Shown here: positions 1 to 12,900 of the stretch, in pieces
Position numbering within the stretch: position 1 is the first letter of the stretch
Layout: every line of letters begins with the position of its first letter
Program-made: the position numbers and the translations under genes
NCBI GenBank assembly: GCA_008632985.1
Contig: QPGO01000161.1
Location: 1 to 64,000 of the forward strand
DNA length: 64,000 bases
Direction of reading: 5' to 3'
From: Psammoneis japonica
Taxonomy: Eukaryota
Notes under the pieces: model-generated
What the model saw: only the letters and a program-made list of their open reading frames with translations
What the model was told of the DNA's origin: nothing
Database searches by the model: none

Positions 1-990
1 CTGCATGCACACCACCACACATGTCATTTTCCAGCCTTGCACAAATCAAAGATGTTGAACCTTTGACACAAATGTTTGCATGCTGCATGACATTCAAGTG
101 TGGGTCACTTTCTTGGAAAGGAAGCAACTGTTTCGATGTTGCACAAGAGACTGAATGTCAGTGTTTTTGCCCCCGGGAGCTTTGCTCTTCCACCCATCCG
201 GACAGGTTTTGGCTTCAAAGACACCTGAGCGGGATGGTTCTTGCTCTCCGCAGCTTTTTTCTCCCACCAGTCTGGAGCGACAGCCTCTTTAGAACAAGCT
301 CAAGCAGAAACAGTCAATCATCGGCCCACACCAATCAGATGGGCTGTCAATGCTGTAGAACAAATGCTGCCACCTGTCTCTGGAATGTTGCCTTTAAACC
401 TGTTGTTGCCTCAGGATTCCACATTTTAGAAATGGCGCATGACGGTCAACTGGGAACTCCGATTGTTCTGCACATGCAGACTTGGCAAGCCACTCAAGGT
501 TCCTGGCACACGGGTTGCCCCAAAGGACCATGCAAGAGGATTGCAGGGAAAAGCCAAACGATGGTTGATCTGCGCAGCTGGAAATGATTCCCTGTAAATG
601 ACCCACAGAATGAAGCTGTCTGAATGAAATTCCGTTTTTGATTGCAGCAATTCACTCACGTCGGTTGGAAAATCGCCAATGAAAAACTTCAAGTGTTGGC
701 AAAAGTCATCGTTGGAGCTGCATCGATCATGCCACCAACAGCAACAAATGGGTTGCTCGATGCGGTCGAACTTTGTTTTCATCGTGGTCGTGTTGACTTG
801 TTACGGCATCGTATCCTGTTTGGGAAGTTCAACTTGAGGAGAAGATTCCAGCCGCGGCTGATGATCGCGAATCAGAACACTCATAAATAGGAAAGTCTGA
901 ATGTTTTGAAATGACACGTGTGACTGGCATCACGACCCAGTTCACACCCGCCACCGTCATCACGCACGACTGACCGAACCCCCGGAACTC
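1..990. mobile_element. Degenerate TpA-depleted repeat/TE fragment, unclassified, truncated by the window edge
   Basis: Very few TpA and excess TG/CA up to about 780. Overlapping ORFs are Cys/His-rich and almost Tyr-free, like the identifiable TE blocks elsewhere in the window. No diagnostic domain recognised. Confidence 0.45.
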
Positions 991-1341
991 TACTCTACCG
1001 GTAGAGAGTAGACTTCCAACGCATCATCACCACCTGTCCAAACACATGCTATAAGCCAGCCCATGCAGCAACACCAACACCTCCCCGTCTTGGCCTGTGT
1101 GTGACGTTGCTTATTTTTGTTTCGAGCGGCGCATGAGTGGATTGCCCCGGTTGCGTCTTTGAGGTCGACATGAATCATTTGTGGGAAAGAAATTCACGAC
1201 TCGCGATCGCGAATGAGTTCGCGGGAAGAACCCGAAGCCTCTGTTTAGTGTGCATGGGATTACAAAATATTGTTTCAGGATGCTCAGCAGCACTCGATGA
1301 AAGCTAGAGTAGTTCCATATTGAATTCATCAAAATTATATA

Positions 1342-3252
1342 ATGTTCAGAGTAAAGAAGAAAACAAACAAGCACAACGATGAGAAGAAGCATCCAGATCC
1401 AAAGTGCAATTTGGGGGAATACACGGTGTTTCCAATGTCCGTTCCGCATAGTATTCGCCCCGGCGAAGAATTTCCGTCTCTTTTGAATCGCCTTGTTCGA
1501 CGCAAGCCAAGGAATACCACCGCTCCCGTTCCCCAAATCAACAATCATGATATGAAGTCACGACTGTACCAAGTGAAGCTTCCATCAGGCAGCACTGAAC
1601 GTACAGTGTTGATGAACGAGGGCTTGAAAATACACATATCCTACCCCAGCAACAAAAAATGCGGTACGACTCATTCGCTTTCCAGTCCCACTGAGAATGC
1701 AATGTCAGACATGTGGTAGACTGTTGGAAGGGTCCTTTCGACTCGACTATCCGGGCGTTGATGATTGTGTACTATTTAGCATTGTTGCTCCTCCAACGGT
1801 ACTTACCTCACAGCTTCTGGACCCTCCGCGACCACCCATGAAGAATAATGATGGGCGACAATGCATGTATGAAGTGCAAATTCCTCCTGGTGTTCAACCG
1901 GGAAGTCCGTTTGCATGTGTAGTCAACGGGCAGCGTGTTTTGTTGACCAGCCCCCAAAATAGTCTTCCGGGTCAGAGGATGCGCTTCAAGCCTCCATTTA
2001 CAGGCGGCTATGGGACTCGTTCAAGGTCTTTTTCTGACTACTCTGTTCCACATTGGAAACGCACCTCGAGAGTTTTGGATATGAAACGTCATTGGGTGCG
2101 ATTGAATAGCTTTGGGGGTATTGATTATGACACCAACAAGAGCTTCAACATGGACAAGTCTGCTTTTGTATGTAGGCGTGAGTTGAGTGGCAACATAGAC
2201 GATGATTCTTTGACAAGATTGACGAGAGCCATTTGTCTTGTGCCTGCCGATCATGATGTAGCCGCGGTGGACTGGCACATTAGGGACGAGACCGGCAAGG
2301 ACGTGTTGACGAGCGACGAATATAGTGCAAAAGACTTCGCCGTGTCTTTTCAAGAAAAGACACAATGGCTCAAGTACACTTTGCGCAAAGCTACGTCGCG
2401 TCGAATTAAAAAATCTTTCGGAGAATGACTCGGTGCTGCATATTAAAGTTCGAAAAGAATCCTTGTTGGAAGATTCCGTCAAGGCCGTCATGAGTTTCAG
2501 TCGCACTGACTTGCTCAAGCTTTGGTGTGTTGAGATTATTGATGACCGACCGCCTTGTTGGGGAAACGAATGTTTGGCGAAGAATACACAACAGTGGTTC
2601 CGAGCCGTGGCCAAGGAAGTATTCAAACCTGATTTAGGTCTTTGGCAAGTCGACATGGCTGACCTTTCAATGGAAATCAACCGAGATTCCGGTGCGTATT
2701 AGCGTATAGTGAATGATTTCATAGCGATAGTTTTTCTTGTGTGTTATCTCATCCTTGCATCCATCTTGCACCCCTCAACAGAATGTTTTTGTAAGGATCA
2801 TCTGATGTATTACCGATTCTTGGGACGCGTCATAGGCAAATCTCTCTTAGACGGTCACGCGTTCCCTAATCTCATGAAGAAGTACTTGTACAAGCACATG
2901 TTTGGGCGGCCCGTTACCTTTCAGGATCTCGAAAGTGTGGATCCAGAGTGCTATAAAGACCTCAAGCATCTCGAATTCATACAGGAAACTGACGATGTGT
3001 ACATGATGTGTCTCACCTTTACTACAATGATTGGTAACAGGAAAGAAATTGAGTTGTTGCCCGGTGGTGCCGACATTGACGTAGACAATGACAACTTTCT
3101 TCAATACGCCGAAGCTATGCTCAATTACAAGTTGTTTGAAGTCGTTAAAGCCACAGCTCACGGAACTGGTGTTGGGGTTCTTCGACATCATTCCCGAACC
3201 TATCTTGTCCGACTTCAACTTTCAAGAACTGGAGTCGCTCATGTGCAGATAG
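1342..3252 (+). pseudogene. HECT-type E3 ubiquitin ligase-like gene, frameshifted and C-terminally truncated
   Basis: HECT N-lobe motifs: HIKVRKESLLEDS, QWFRAVAKEVFKPDLGLW, YYRFLGRVIGKSLLDG, DLESVDPECYKDL, ELLPGGADIDV, and after a shift KPQLTELVLGFFDIIPEPILSDFNFQELESLMC. Probable intron about 2692-2781. Frameshifts near 1690, 2381 and 3148. Stop at about 3250, before the C-lobe that carries the catalytic Cys. Confidence 0.75.
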
Positions 3253-4243
3253 CCTGCTGTCAGTGAAGATATCAGAAGATGATTAAAGGGGAGCAATATA
3301 AGTCATTGCGTTGCAATTGATGGATATACTGAAGACAATAATCACTATTTTGGCCACTCTAGCTCGGCTTTTCTCTTCTAGAAGTACACGAGTCCGGAAC
3401 AGTCTTCTGTTTGGGACACAGCTTCTGTAATGGCCTATATCTATCGAATAACCCCAGTTATACTTCTTAGTCCTGCCCTAACGCTTTAACGGCGAGTATT
3501 AAGCGATCAAACAGTTGCAAAGTCAACGTGGTCCGCGATCAAGTCGTTCAACCAGATCGAACGGAAGGATGTACGGACAGGGGATCGAGCTCAAACGCAA
3601 CGCGCGCACTTGGGCGGGGCGCGCGCGGTCCTCTCTAGAAAATTGAAAATTAAAAATCGTGCCCGTGCAGATGGGAGTAGGGGCCTAGAGAATGGTCATT
3701 AAACTCATTGACAACTTTCTAAACCCAATTAATGCTCATTCTGATTCCCACTTATGGCAGCTGACAACGTCGCGACATTTTTTAGCACCATTCCTGTTTC
3801 TCCAAGATACACATTCGCTTCTTCACGCGACCAAACTCTCGTGTCGAAGCGACAATGCCGCCCAGGAGGTTTTACAGATCATCACAAGTGCATCCCACTT
3901 TTTCCATACATTAAATAATGCTACATGTATCACTCAATCCCACTCGAGCAGTTTCTGCCATGTAACTCATTGACACCCTTTCTAACCACCGATTAAGGCG
4001 CCTTCCGAAACCCACGTGTACAACTCGTCCGCCAGAAAGACGCGACCTCGGCTCTAACTCCGTTTTGTGCTCAGGAAAGATTCATCTCTCTTTGAAATAA
4101 TAAATGTTTTAACAAACGAGAATCATCGCATCTCGACTATAAATGTTTCAAATCATGAAGCCCAAGAGGTTTTCTTGAAAACACATTCGCCATCTTCACC
4201 CGCCGCAATTTTCTCTCACAATTCTCAATCTCTTACTTCCAAC

Positions 4244-4915
4244 ATGATCAAGTACTTCCTTCTTCTCGCTCTTCTCCTTACCGCTGCCAAGGCTGACGAA
4301 GACTCGGTCCGTGGCCTCTCTGGTGCGGAAACCATGACCCTCAAGGTTACCAACCTCTCGTTCCAGCAGCCCTTTTCTCCCTTCTTCGTCATGGTCCATC
4401 GCAACCGTATCCCGCCTCTCTTTGTTCTGGGCAAAGCTGCCCGCCCTGAACTTGGAGACTTGGCCGAGAACGGCAGTCCTACAGGCCTGGTTGACTATTA
4501 CAAGAAGATTCGTGGTGTGGACTCTGCCCGCGTCCACAACACCGGCGCCCCTTATTTTGGAGGCAACACGACCGAGATTAAAGTCCGTGTTCCCCGCGGT
4601 CACTTTGTTACGATTGCCAGCATGGCCATCCATACCAACGACTGCTTTGTCGCCTTGAATGGTGTCCGGGTCCGCAAGGGTAAGGTGTTTTATGGTCCGG
4701 GGTATGATTCGGGCACGGAAGAGAATAACGAGCTGTGCAGGAGCATCCCGGGACCGGCTTGCTCCAGCACGCCAGGAAATACCGCCGACGCCAATGGTGA
4801 AGGATTTGTGCACGTGCACCGTGGATTCTTTGGTCTAAACCAAGGCGAAGTCGGAGAGTTGTCGCAAGCTGGTTATGACTGGCGCAACCCGATGATGCGT
4901 CTCGAAGTAGTGTAA
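4244..4915 (+). CDS. Secreted Spondin_N-domain protein
   Basis: Signal peptide MIKYFLLLALLLTAAKA. Spondin_N-type motifs VTNLSFQQPFSPFFVMVH, LAENG, ASMAIHTNDCFVALNG, YDSGTEENNE and GFVHVHRG. Confidence 0.85.
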   Translation: MIKYFLLLALLLTAAKADEDSVRGLSGAETMTLKVTNLSFQQPFSPFFVMVHRNRIPPLFVLGKAARPELGDLAENGSPTGLVDYYKKIRGVDSARVHNTGAPYFGGNTTEIKVRVPRGHFVTIASMAIHTNDCFVALNGVRVRKGKVFYGPGYDSGTEENNELCRSIPGPACSSTPGNTADANGEGFVHVHRGFFGLNQGEVGELSQAGYDWRNPMMRLEVV

Positions 4916-5209
4916 CTTTTAAAAACGTGTAATGGTGATGCATGTTCCAACACTTGTCCGTCTTGATTCAACAATAAGTTATGATGGCCCCTTGAGATCT
5001 TCTTGGAACAATTTTGATTTAGATGCTCACCGTAACAAAACGAATAATAAGACCAAAGGATCCATCCGTACACACGGTCGGATTACCCATCGTTGTTGCT
5101 TATCAAAAGAGCGGCACGTTTTGCCCTTGGTTTCATTGTCCCCTTGAATCTCACCTGCCGACTGTCGTTGTCATATACTTAAGAGTAATAATCTTACCGT
5201 AGTCTGGAT

Positions 5210-5605
5210 ATGTTGCCTTGAATGGCGTTAGGGTCCGCAAGGGTAAAGTGTTTTATGGTCCCGGTTATATGAGTCGGGCACGGAAGATAACAATGATAGT
5301 TGTGCAGGAGCATTCCGGGACCGGCTTGCTGGGAAATACCGCCGACACCAATGGTGAAGGGTTCGTGCTCGTGCACTGTGGATTCTTTGGTCTCAACCAA
5401 GGCCACAGATTATGGAGAGTTGTCGCAAGCTGGTTATGACTGGCGTACTCCGATGATGCATGTCGAAGTAGTGTAACTTTTAAACTTGTAATGGTGATGC
5501 ATGATCCACTTGTCCATCTTGATTCAAAAATAAGATACATGCGCCCTTGAGATCTTCTTGGACACAATTAGATGTTCCCGGCACAAAACAAACAAGACCA
5601 AAGAG
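5210..5605 (+). pseudogene. Degraded tandem partial duplicate of the spondin gene 3' end and 3' UTR
   Basis: Aligns to about 4648-5060 (gccttgaatgg..gtccgcaagggtaa, gtcgcaagctggttatgactggcg, cgaagtagtgtaactttt, gacccaaag-like end) with indels and frameshifts. Confidence 0.85.
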
Positions 5606-6084
5606 GTTCGATCGGCGTTCATTGTTTTTAGCCGAAAGCGGACAAGGTCATTGATTGCCAATAATGTCGTTGCTTTTATCGATAGACTGGACGATTCCAA
5701 CAAAAGACCTGTGATTCTTTGCCTTGAATCAAACCTGTCGACTTCCATTGTCATGATGTGCTATCGGAGCAATCTTTTTGTTGGTTTTATTAGATTTTGA
5801 CAGGCTTCAGTAGTAGAGAGCATCGACGGATTATGGAGGTTTCTTTCTTTTGTGAAAAAAATAATACATCACTCTGCAAGGATTCGGGTACGTATAGGGT
5901 CTCGTCCGAAAAATGTATTTGTATCGAGACGTGCGAGAGCCTTATATTTCTGTTGATTGATTGCGTACAAAAAAACCTGTCCAAGCACTTGGAATCTTAT
6001 AGGAACCACGGGGGTCGAGGACCATCCATTTTGAGCCTCAGTCCCTCTGCCAATAGTCTTGTTGTATTACGAGTAGTCTATGTA

Positions 6085-6290
6085 TCGATATATTGAAAGC
6101 AGCAGTCTAAAACAAAGGCGGTGCAACCATAGAAGCGCCCACGAAAGGCAGATGCGAATTAGCGAAATGACAGAAAAAAACACATTAAAGATTGCAGCAA
6201 CGCACCGTTTCTACTACATTGCAGTATGATGTAAGTGCTTGTTTGCGTGAATGAATCATCATAGTCGTCCAACACCAATAACATTGTGTC
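6085..6290 (+). repeat. Intergenic repeat X, copy 1 (unmutated)
   Basis: aaaggcggtgcaaccatagaagcgccc...cagcaacgcaccgtttctact; homologous to about 9820-9945 and 20570-20760. Confidence 0.8.
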
Positions 6291-6945
6291 TTTTTCGTTA
6301 TCATTATGGTGTTGTTGAGTGAGATACTCGTGTAGGACTGTTGTGTGTCACGACGCTGGTGCCTTATTGCTCATGGAATCATGCTTCAAGAGCTTATTGG
6401 ACGCTACTCTGGTGTGCATGTGCCAGCAACCACGTATTGATGCCACCATACTATCTCTCTTATTAGCACATGTCGTGGAGGTAGGTACAGGAAGAGAAGA
6501 GAACAGAGAACAACAGAGGCGAGGGGACGGCAAATTGTACCTCATGGACGGAAGTGGAAGTGGGACTGCGAACGTGCAATTATTACATATTTATGTTCGA
6601 GACAGTTTTTGTGACGCACCTAAATAGATGTTTTTTGTCCGCGACTTCCTTACTGTACAGATAGATAGTGTTTGTTGTAACTTCTTCTAATATTGTGTCC
6701 TAAATAATAATGTCAATCGTAATGTCACTATGACTATGTAATAGTTAAGTGCATCCAACAGTATGGAGGGCAATAAAACCAATAATGATTCTTCACTCTG
6801 TCATAATTGTTGGCATTTAGCCATAAGTGTTTTTCCCCCACGATTTGATCCTCCCCCTCCTTTCATCATTCATCTGTCGCGATACGTCTCATAAAATATT
6901 GCCAATCAAACTTTGAGTTTTAAACTAGACCTTTCATTCGCAACA

Positions 6946-9417
6946 ATGTTCGCCAGTAAAGCAGTTCTTCTCCTGCTAGCTGCAGCCTCTGGTTTGCAGA
7001 GGAGCGACGCCCAACCGGTACGAACGGATGAATCGCGTGTACTTTGTTGAAAGGAGTGTGTGTCCTTACTACTTCCTTTTTGATTACTCACCATATCTTT
7101 TTTGAAATAAACGCGTTGTACAAAGGGAGAGGAAGACTACATTCTAGAAGATCCTCTGTTTCTCGGCGATCTCCAGCGGGAACTTGGTACCGACATGGGC
7201 GTCCCCGGCATCCAGACAAATGCCATTTGCATGAATGACGCTGCTGGTGAACCCGGGCTTACATGTACCTCCAACGCTGTCGATCTAGCATCGGCTATCC
7301 CACCCGCAAATGTTACGGGCTGCAACGCTGAAGGTGATGATGTCAGTTTCACTTTGCAGTTCCAACTCGATATAAATGCAGGTCAACGCTTCGACGTTGG
7401 CATTTGGTTTTCAGAAACGGGTACGAGCGCCCAAACAGGAGTCTGCACTGTGGTGAATTTACCGTGGGGACAGTCACCGACTTATGTTGACTTGGATATG
7501 ACGAACAACCCTCTTCCAGGAGGCGGCGGAAGTGCCCCTCCATCCAACATACAAGATACGTGCGGAGATCTTGACAAAAGTTCTCAAACGTTCCCTGTCA
7601 TGCTGACCATCCCCTTGACGGTGAAATGCGTCGATCTAGTTGGCAATGATCGCATGTTAGACGTACCATACTGCACCAGCTGGAGGACGTCAGGAACGAC
7701 GAAGAACACCCTATGCACATCCCCTCTTGAAACCTTTCCTCTTGAAAAAAGCATGTGCAGATGCGAAATGCTATCGCTCCCCATTGTTGTACCAGGAACG
7801 CCGAGTCCCACGCCATCACCTACCCCGAGTCCAACACCTGCGCCAACTCCTTCCCCTACCCCGAGTCCGACGCCGTCTCCAACTCCAGGTCCTACCCCGA
7901 GTCCGACACCGTCACCTACACCTGCACCAACGCCTTCGCCCACTTTGAGAAAGGGCGCTTGTTGCCCACGAGCGGGATCCGGCAGGGTTTGCTTCAAGGG
8001 AACCGAAGAAGAATGTGTTTCAAATGACGGACTCTGGCAAGGAAATGGCGTAAGCTGTCGGGACGTAGATTGCCCGACCCTACATCCTACGAAGTCTCCT
8101 ATTGAGAGACCCACCAAGGCTCCAAAACCCCCGGCTCCAACCGCAGATCCAATGACCCCGGTTCCTACCCCGGCTCCTACCAAAGCTCCTACACCAGCAC
8201 CAACGCAGAGCCCTGGTGCATGCTGCACCTTGTTTAATGGTTGCAAGTCCCTTTCTGAGGAGACGTGTACTTTGGGCGGTGGTACATTTTCGAAACCAAA
8301 CCAAAAGTGCAAGGATACTAGTTGCCCCATCACGGGAGCTTGCTGCTTGGAGGATGGATGCGAGCGATCCTTCAAAAAGGAGTGTACCAACCAAGCAGGC
8401 GAGTTCAAGGGATTTGGTGTGTCATGTACAACCGGCTTGTGCCCGATTAAACCGCGACCCCCATCCACACCCCCACCCACCCCTACGAGTACCATGAAAC
8501 CCACCCTTCCTCCTCCCCCGACTGGAGCGTGCTGTGATGTCGACAACGATGAGTGCAAGCAAACCACGCAAATAGATTGCGACACGGGCGTATTCTTAGG
8601 ACTTGGAGTCAAGTGCAAGAAGGGCGTTTGCCCCACAAGGAATTCTCCTGGAGCATGTTGCCTCGAATCTGGAGACTGCCGTTACTTGTCTCAAAAGACA
8701 TGCGCCATCTACGGAAAGCTTTTCTTGGGTCCTGGTACTTCCTGTAAGTACGTGGTGTGCGCAGTCAAGACTTCAAGCCCAACCATGGCTCCAACCACGA
8801 CTCCAAGCCCGTCCATTACTCCAACCACGACTTCAAGCCCGACCACTACTCCAAGCCCAACTACGACTCCAAGCCCAACCATATACACGAAACCGCTCGG
8901 AGCCTGCTGCTTCAAGAACGGACTTTGCCGCAACCTCATTCCTGCCGTATGCAGGAAGAAGTACGGCAAGTTCATCGGTGTTGGTACAATGTGTAAGCCT
9001 GACAACACCTGTCCCGTTGGGGGCGGCAAGCCCGGTGCGTGTTGCTTGGTTGAAAAGAACCAATGCAGAACTCTCAAGGAGAAGCAGTGCATCAAGAAGA
9101 GTGGGCATTTTGCTGGAGAACGTGTCAAGTGCAGCAAAACTTCGTGTCCGGCTGCCTATGGTGCATGCTGCTTGCCCAAGGGATCGTGTGCCGTGTTGAA
9201 GAAGAATCTGTGCGTGAAGAAGAAGCACGGGAAGTTTGTCGGATTCGGTACCAAGTGCAAGAAGAAGACCTGTGCCTCTGAAGAAGGTGCCTGTTGCTTG
9301 AAGAATGACAAGTGCAAAATGTTGAAACAGTCCAAGTGCGACAGACGCGGAGGAAAATTCGTTGGAGCGGGTGTCAAGTGCCGCAAGAAGACCTGCCGCA
9401 AGAGCCCTGATTATTAG
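6946..9417 (+). CDS. Secreted Cys-rich protein with PT/PS mucin-like linkers, GACC repeats and a Lys-rich C-terminus (paralog A1); join(6946..7017,7126..9417)
   Basis: Signal peptide [26 protein letters not shown] intron 7018-7125 keeps the frame into the 740-aa ORF. About 9 repeats of GACC-x-C-x-C-x-G-x-F-x-G-x-G-x-x-C. (TPSP/TPAP)n linkers. Confidence 0.85.
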
Positions 9418-9649
9418 TAGTTCGCACCCCGATCTACCATGCGAAAAATATGAAATGAAAATTCTCAAATTGATTTTGTTGAGATTGTTTCTACATACAA
9501 CTTCTAGTTTGCCGAATCAGTTGACCGTATAGGGTTTGATTAAAAATAAAGTTGCTTGATTCGTCGTCGATTGAAACGCACTTTATTTTTCCTAGTTTGA
9601 ATGTTCAATGTGCTTTTATTTGTGATTTAGACCTTGTTAAAAAACCGTT

Positions 9650-9945
9650 ATTTGGATCTAAAGCGAAGAGTCAGATTTGGACTCTTGCGGAATGCGGTGC
9701 ATAAGACCTCATCAACTCATGACAGTTCAGACTGGCTCCAACAGAAGGCCACCACTTCTTGGCACATGCCACAAGAGGATGGTGAGATGTGAAGAGTTTG
9801 AATGAAATTTGATGTCTGAAAAAGGTGGTGCAACCACACAAGCACCCTCACAGTGGACCAACAGCAAAGCACATGAAAGACAGCAACACACTCCTGTTTT
9901 CACTGCAACAGAAGTGCTTTGAATGAGTGAGTCACTCATTCAAGA
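9650..9945 (+). repeat. Downstream flank and repeat X, copy 2 (hypermutated from about 9720)
   Basis: Homologous to 20325-20760 and 6085-6290, but with TA->CA/TG and CG->TG/CA changes. Confidence 0.8.
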
Positions 9946-9949
9946 CCAA

Positions 9950-12900
9950 TGCCCCACCCTGAGAGACCACAGTGTGTGGACATCTTGGAGAATCTTGAAG
10001 AGATGCTTGTCACACTGGGTTTGCTTGGTGATGCAGCGGATTGACAGATGGCATTGTGGGGGGAAACACCTGGGGCAATGCAGGCAAGGAATGGATGGGT
10101 TTTTGGCGATGAAACAGCAGGTTGAGAATGCAGTTTTGTGGAGTTGCACAAGAGTCGCTCAGCAAGTGACTTGATGGTGGTAAGACTGAGGCTTTGAAAC
10201 CCCCGCTGGCATGCATGGACAGACTGCTGCAGCAGTGGAGAAGAGGCTGGGCACGGGTGCATGCAGTGTGCACAGATGGGTGGTGAAAGAAGGGCTTGGA
10301 TGTCCAAGGCAGAGCTGGCTGGGCAGAGACAGGGTGTTCTTGGTTGGCTCCAAACAGGAAGCAGTGGGCAAAGTGTCTTGGAGTGCCAAGGTGGTCAACA
10401 GCACCAACGGGGGTCAGTTCCCAGGTGGATGCAAGCACCACCTGAGGAGGTGATCACAGCAGCACCATGCTGCATTTTTAGAGTGCCACAAACTTCTGCT
10501 TGGCACTTGCATGATGTGCTTCAGCCAAGGGATTTTGAGTGGGGGCAGGCCATCCACACTTGCAAGACAGCTGTTGCCCAGAGGAGGGGCAGTGAAGAAA
10601 GCAGGGGGGGGGGGCAGGACAGCTGCATTGACAGGGCATTTAAGAGGCAAGTGCAAGATGAGGTTTGCAGGTTCATGGTGGATGGCAGAGGAGCCAGTGC
10701 AGAGACTGGAGAGACACCAGTTTTATGGCAAGCTGCAAAGAAGCTGTTGCAAATGGCATTGGATGGCACAATCTTGTGTCCCAAGGAGCAGCGACAGAAG
10801 GCATGATTGCCACAGCAGCCAGCAGCACCACTTTTCAGCTGTGAGTGAACACAGTCAAGATGCAATTGTTTGTGCAATGAACAGAGACAATGCACTCAAT
10901 TGACTCTCAAGGGGTGTGACAACCATGAGAGTGTGAGCAACTGGTGCAAACAAAAATGGCACTGATGCTGTTGGCTCCAACATGTCCAGTCCACTGGTGC
11001 GCCTGTGGCTTGCTGTTGCAAATCCATCAAAATTGTCACTGGCGGCAGTTTTTCCTTGGGGTGTTGTCCATGTGCACAAAAAAGGAGTTGTGGTTGGTTT
11101 GAAGCAAACACATTGCTTGTCTTGAGCTGTTCAATGAGTGCATTGACAATGGAGAGAATCTCTTGCGGTGGGCAGCAAATGACACAAAATGAGAGAAAGT
11201 CACTCAAACATGAAAACTGCAACTCAAATGAAGCTGTGATTCAGCAACCTTCTTGTGGGCACAAGAAAGGCACTCATGCCTCAAGTCTGTGCCCCATGTC
11301 AAGATTGATGCCACCACAATCCATGGACTCCCATGGTGGGACAGAGTGTTTTGCCGTGCAAAAAGAAGCTCCACAGGAGCCTTGGAAGGGTGGACAAGCA
11401 AACACATCAAACACCTGTGTCTGATCTGTCCAACAAGATGCCAGGGGACAGTGGCAACAAGCATGGCACCAGTGATGAAGGAAAATGAGTGGAGGATCTA
11501 AGATGGATCCATGCTCTGTCTGCACATGCCAGCATCTGTCCCCCTGGGTGTGCACCCAACACACCTCACAATCAAATGGCCATCATCCTCTGCTGATGGG
11601 CAATCTAGAGTCTCACTCTGCCAGAGAGCTGGTCAAGAAAAGAGAAAGAAAATTCAAGAAAGAAAAGGGGAGACAGACAATTGCAAATGTCTGAAAGGGT
11701 TGCCAAACAGAAGCTGCAGAGTCAAAGCAGACATCAGTCAAATGCATCAGCCACGGGGTGCCCCATCAATCGTCAAGCATGGTGAGCATGAAGTGCCCAT
11801 CCAACCACCTTGGTGAGAACATCAACAGGGTTGATGACTCCAGGGATGTGTCCAGAGACAATTTTCCCAGCCCCACGCCAGTCTTGGGGACAACAAAATG
11901 GTGAGTGTCAATGTGACATCATTGCTCAGCAGGGACCTGAGATGGTTGGTCATTTCGACAGCCAAAGAGTTGTCAATGAAGTGAGGGGTGGGTTCCTGTT
12001 GAAAATTCTAAGTTCCTCCAAGATCAATCAAAGCACAAGACCTGTTCAGCTCCAGTGACACCAGGCAGCAAGAAATTCTGCCTCAGCAAAACTTGTTGCA
12101 GCGAGCAACCGAGCAGTGCATCTTCATGCAGTGGCAGTGCCCACAAGAGTGTGTGGGTGCACCCTGTCATGGAATGGTGGCACAGCAGAGTTCATTGGTG
12201 CAGGCAGCATGAACAAATCCAAGTGGCTGAAAAGGGTCCCACACAACAGGAAATTGGGGCAATGCAGGATCAGCAACCAACCATTCAAAAGAGCAAGGTG
12301 GAAGGTCTGGGTTGCGATGGGACTTCTTGCATGACAACCCCCAGTCCTTGGTGCATCAAAGACACTTGGCAACATGGCAAAGAGAGTTGCAATGGGGCCT
12401 TGGCAAACTTGGAAAGGGTGACAATGGGGTGTTCAATGTCAAGGCGGCAACACGTGCATGCAAAAATCGATCCGCCCAAGAGCAAGCATTCCGGGGACTT
12501 GTGGCAATCTTCCACAAAGTGGCCTGCACCATTGCACCTTCTTCAGGACCCACTGTGTCAAACAACTTGGCAATGCAGCCAACTGGAACAGGAGTGGCTT
12601 TGAAATCCATGGTGGATTTGACAGTTGATCATGATCAAGTCATCATTTTCTTGATGACACCAAGTCCATTGAATTCAGTGCAGAGGTCCAGGCACTTGAA
12701 GGGAGGGGTCTTTTTGGCAAGAAGCCACAGCTCTCTGCCAATGTGATCAAAAACAGCAGTGGCGACATCTTCACTTGGACATGCCAGGGAGAAATTGTCA
12801 ACCCATTGCAGCAGCAACACCTTGGTGCCACTGCAGGTGATGGAGTGGACACACTTGTCGTGGACAGTGTTGCAAAACAATGGCTCAGCATTGGACAATG

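Noticed and set aside
3595..4000. GC-rich quasi-palindrome (cgcgcgc...gcgcgcg), a ctctag/ctagag pair and a degenerate 30-bp direct repeat (about 3704 and 3966)
   Set aside because: Too short and degenerate to support a MITE, Helitron end or regulatory call.
7584..8636. Long antisense ORFs (GVG repeats) opposite A1/A2, spondin and LHCX
   Set aside because: They are shadows of repetitive or codon-biased sense genes.
10260..10340. LCLGHPS on the minus strand as a possible integrase zinc-finger remnant
   Set aside because: It is in the wrong position relative to RT/RNase H for Copia and has no downstream DDE motifs.
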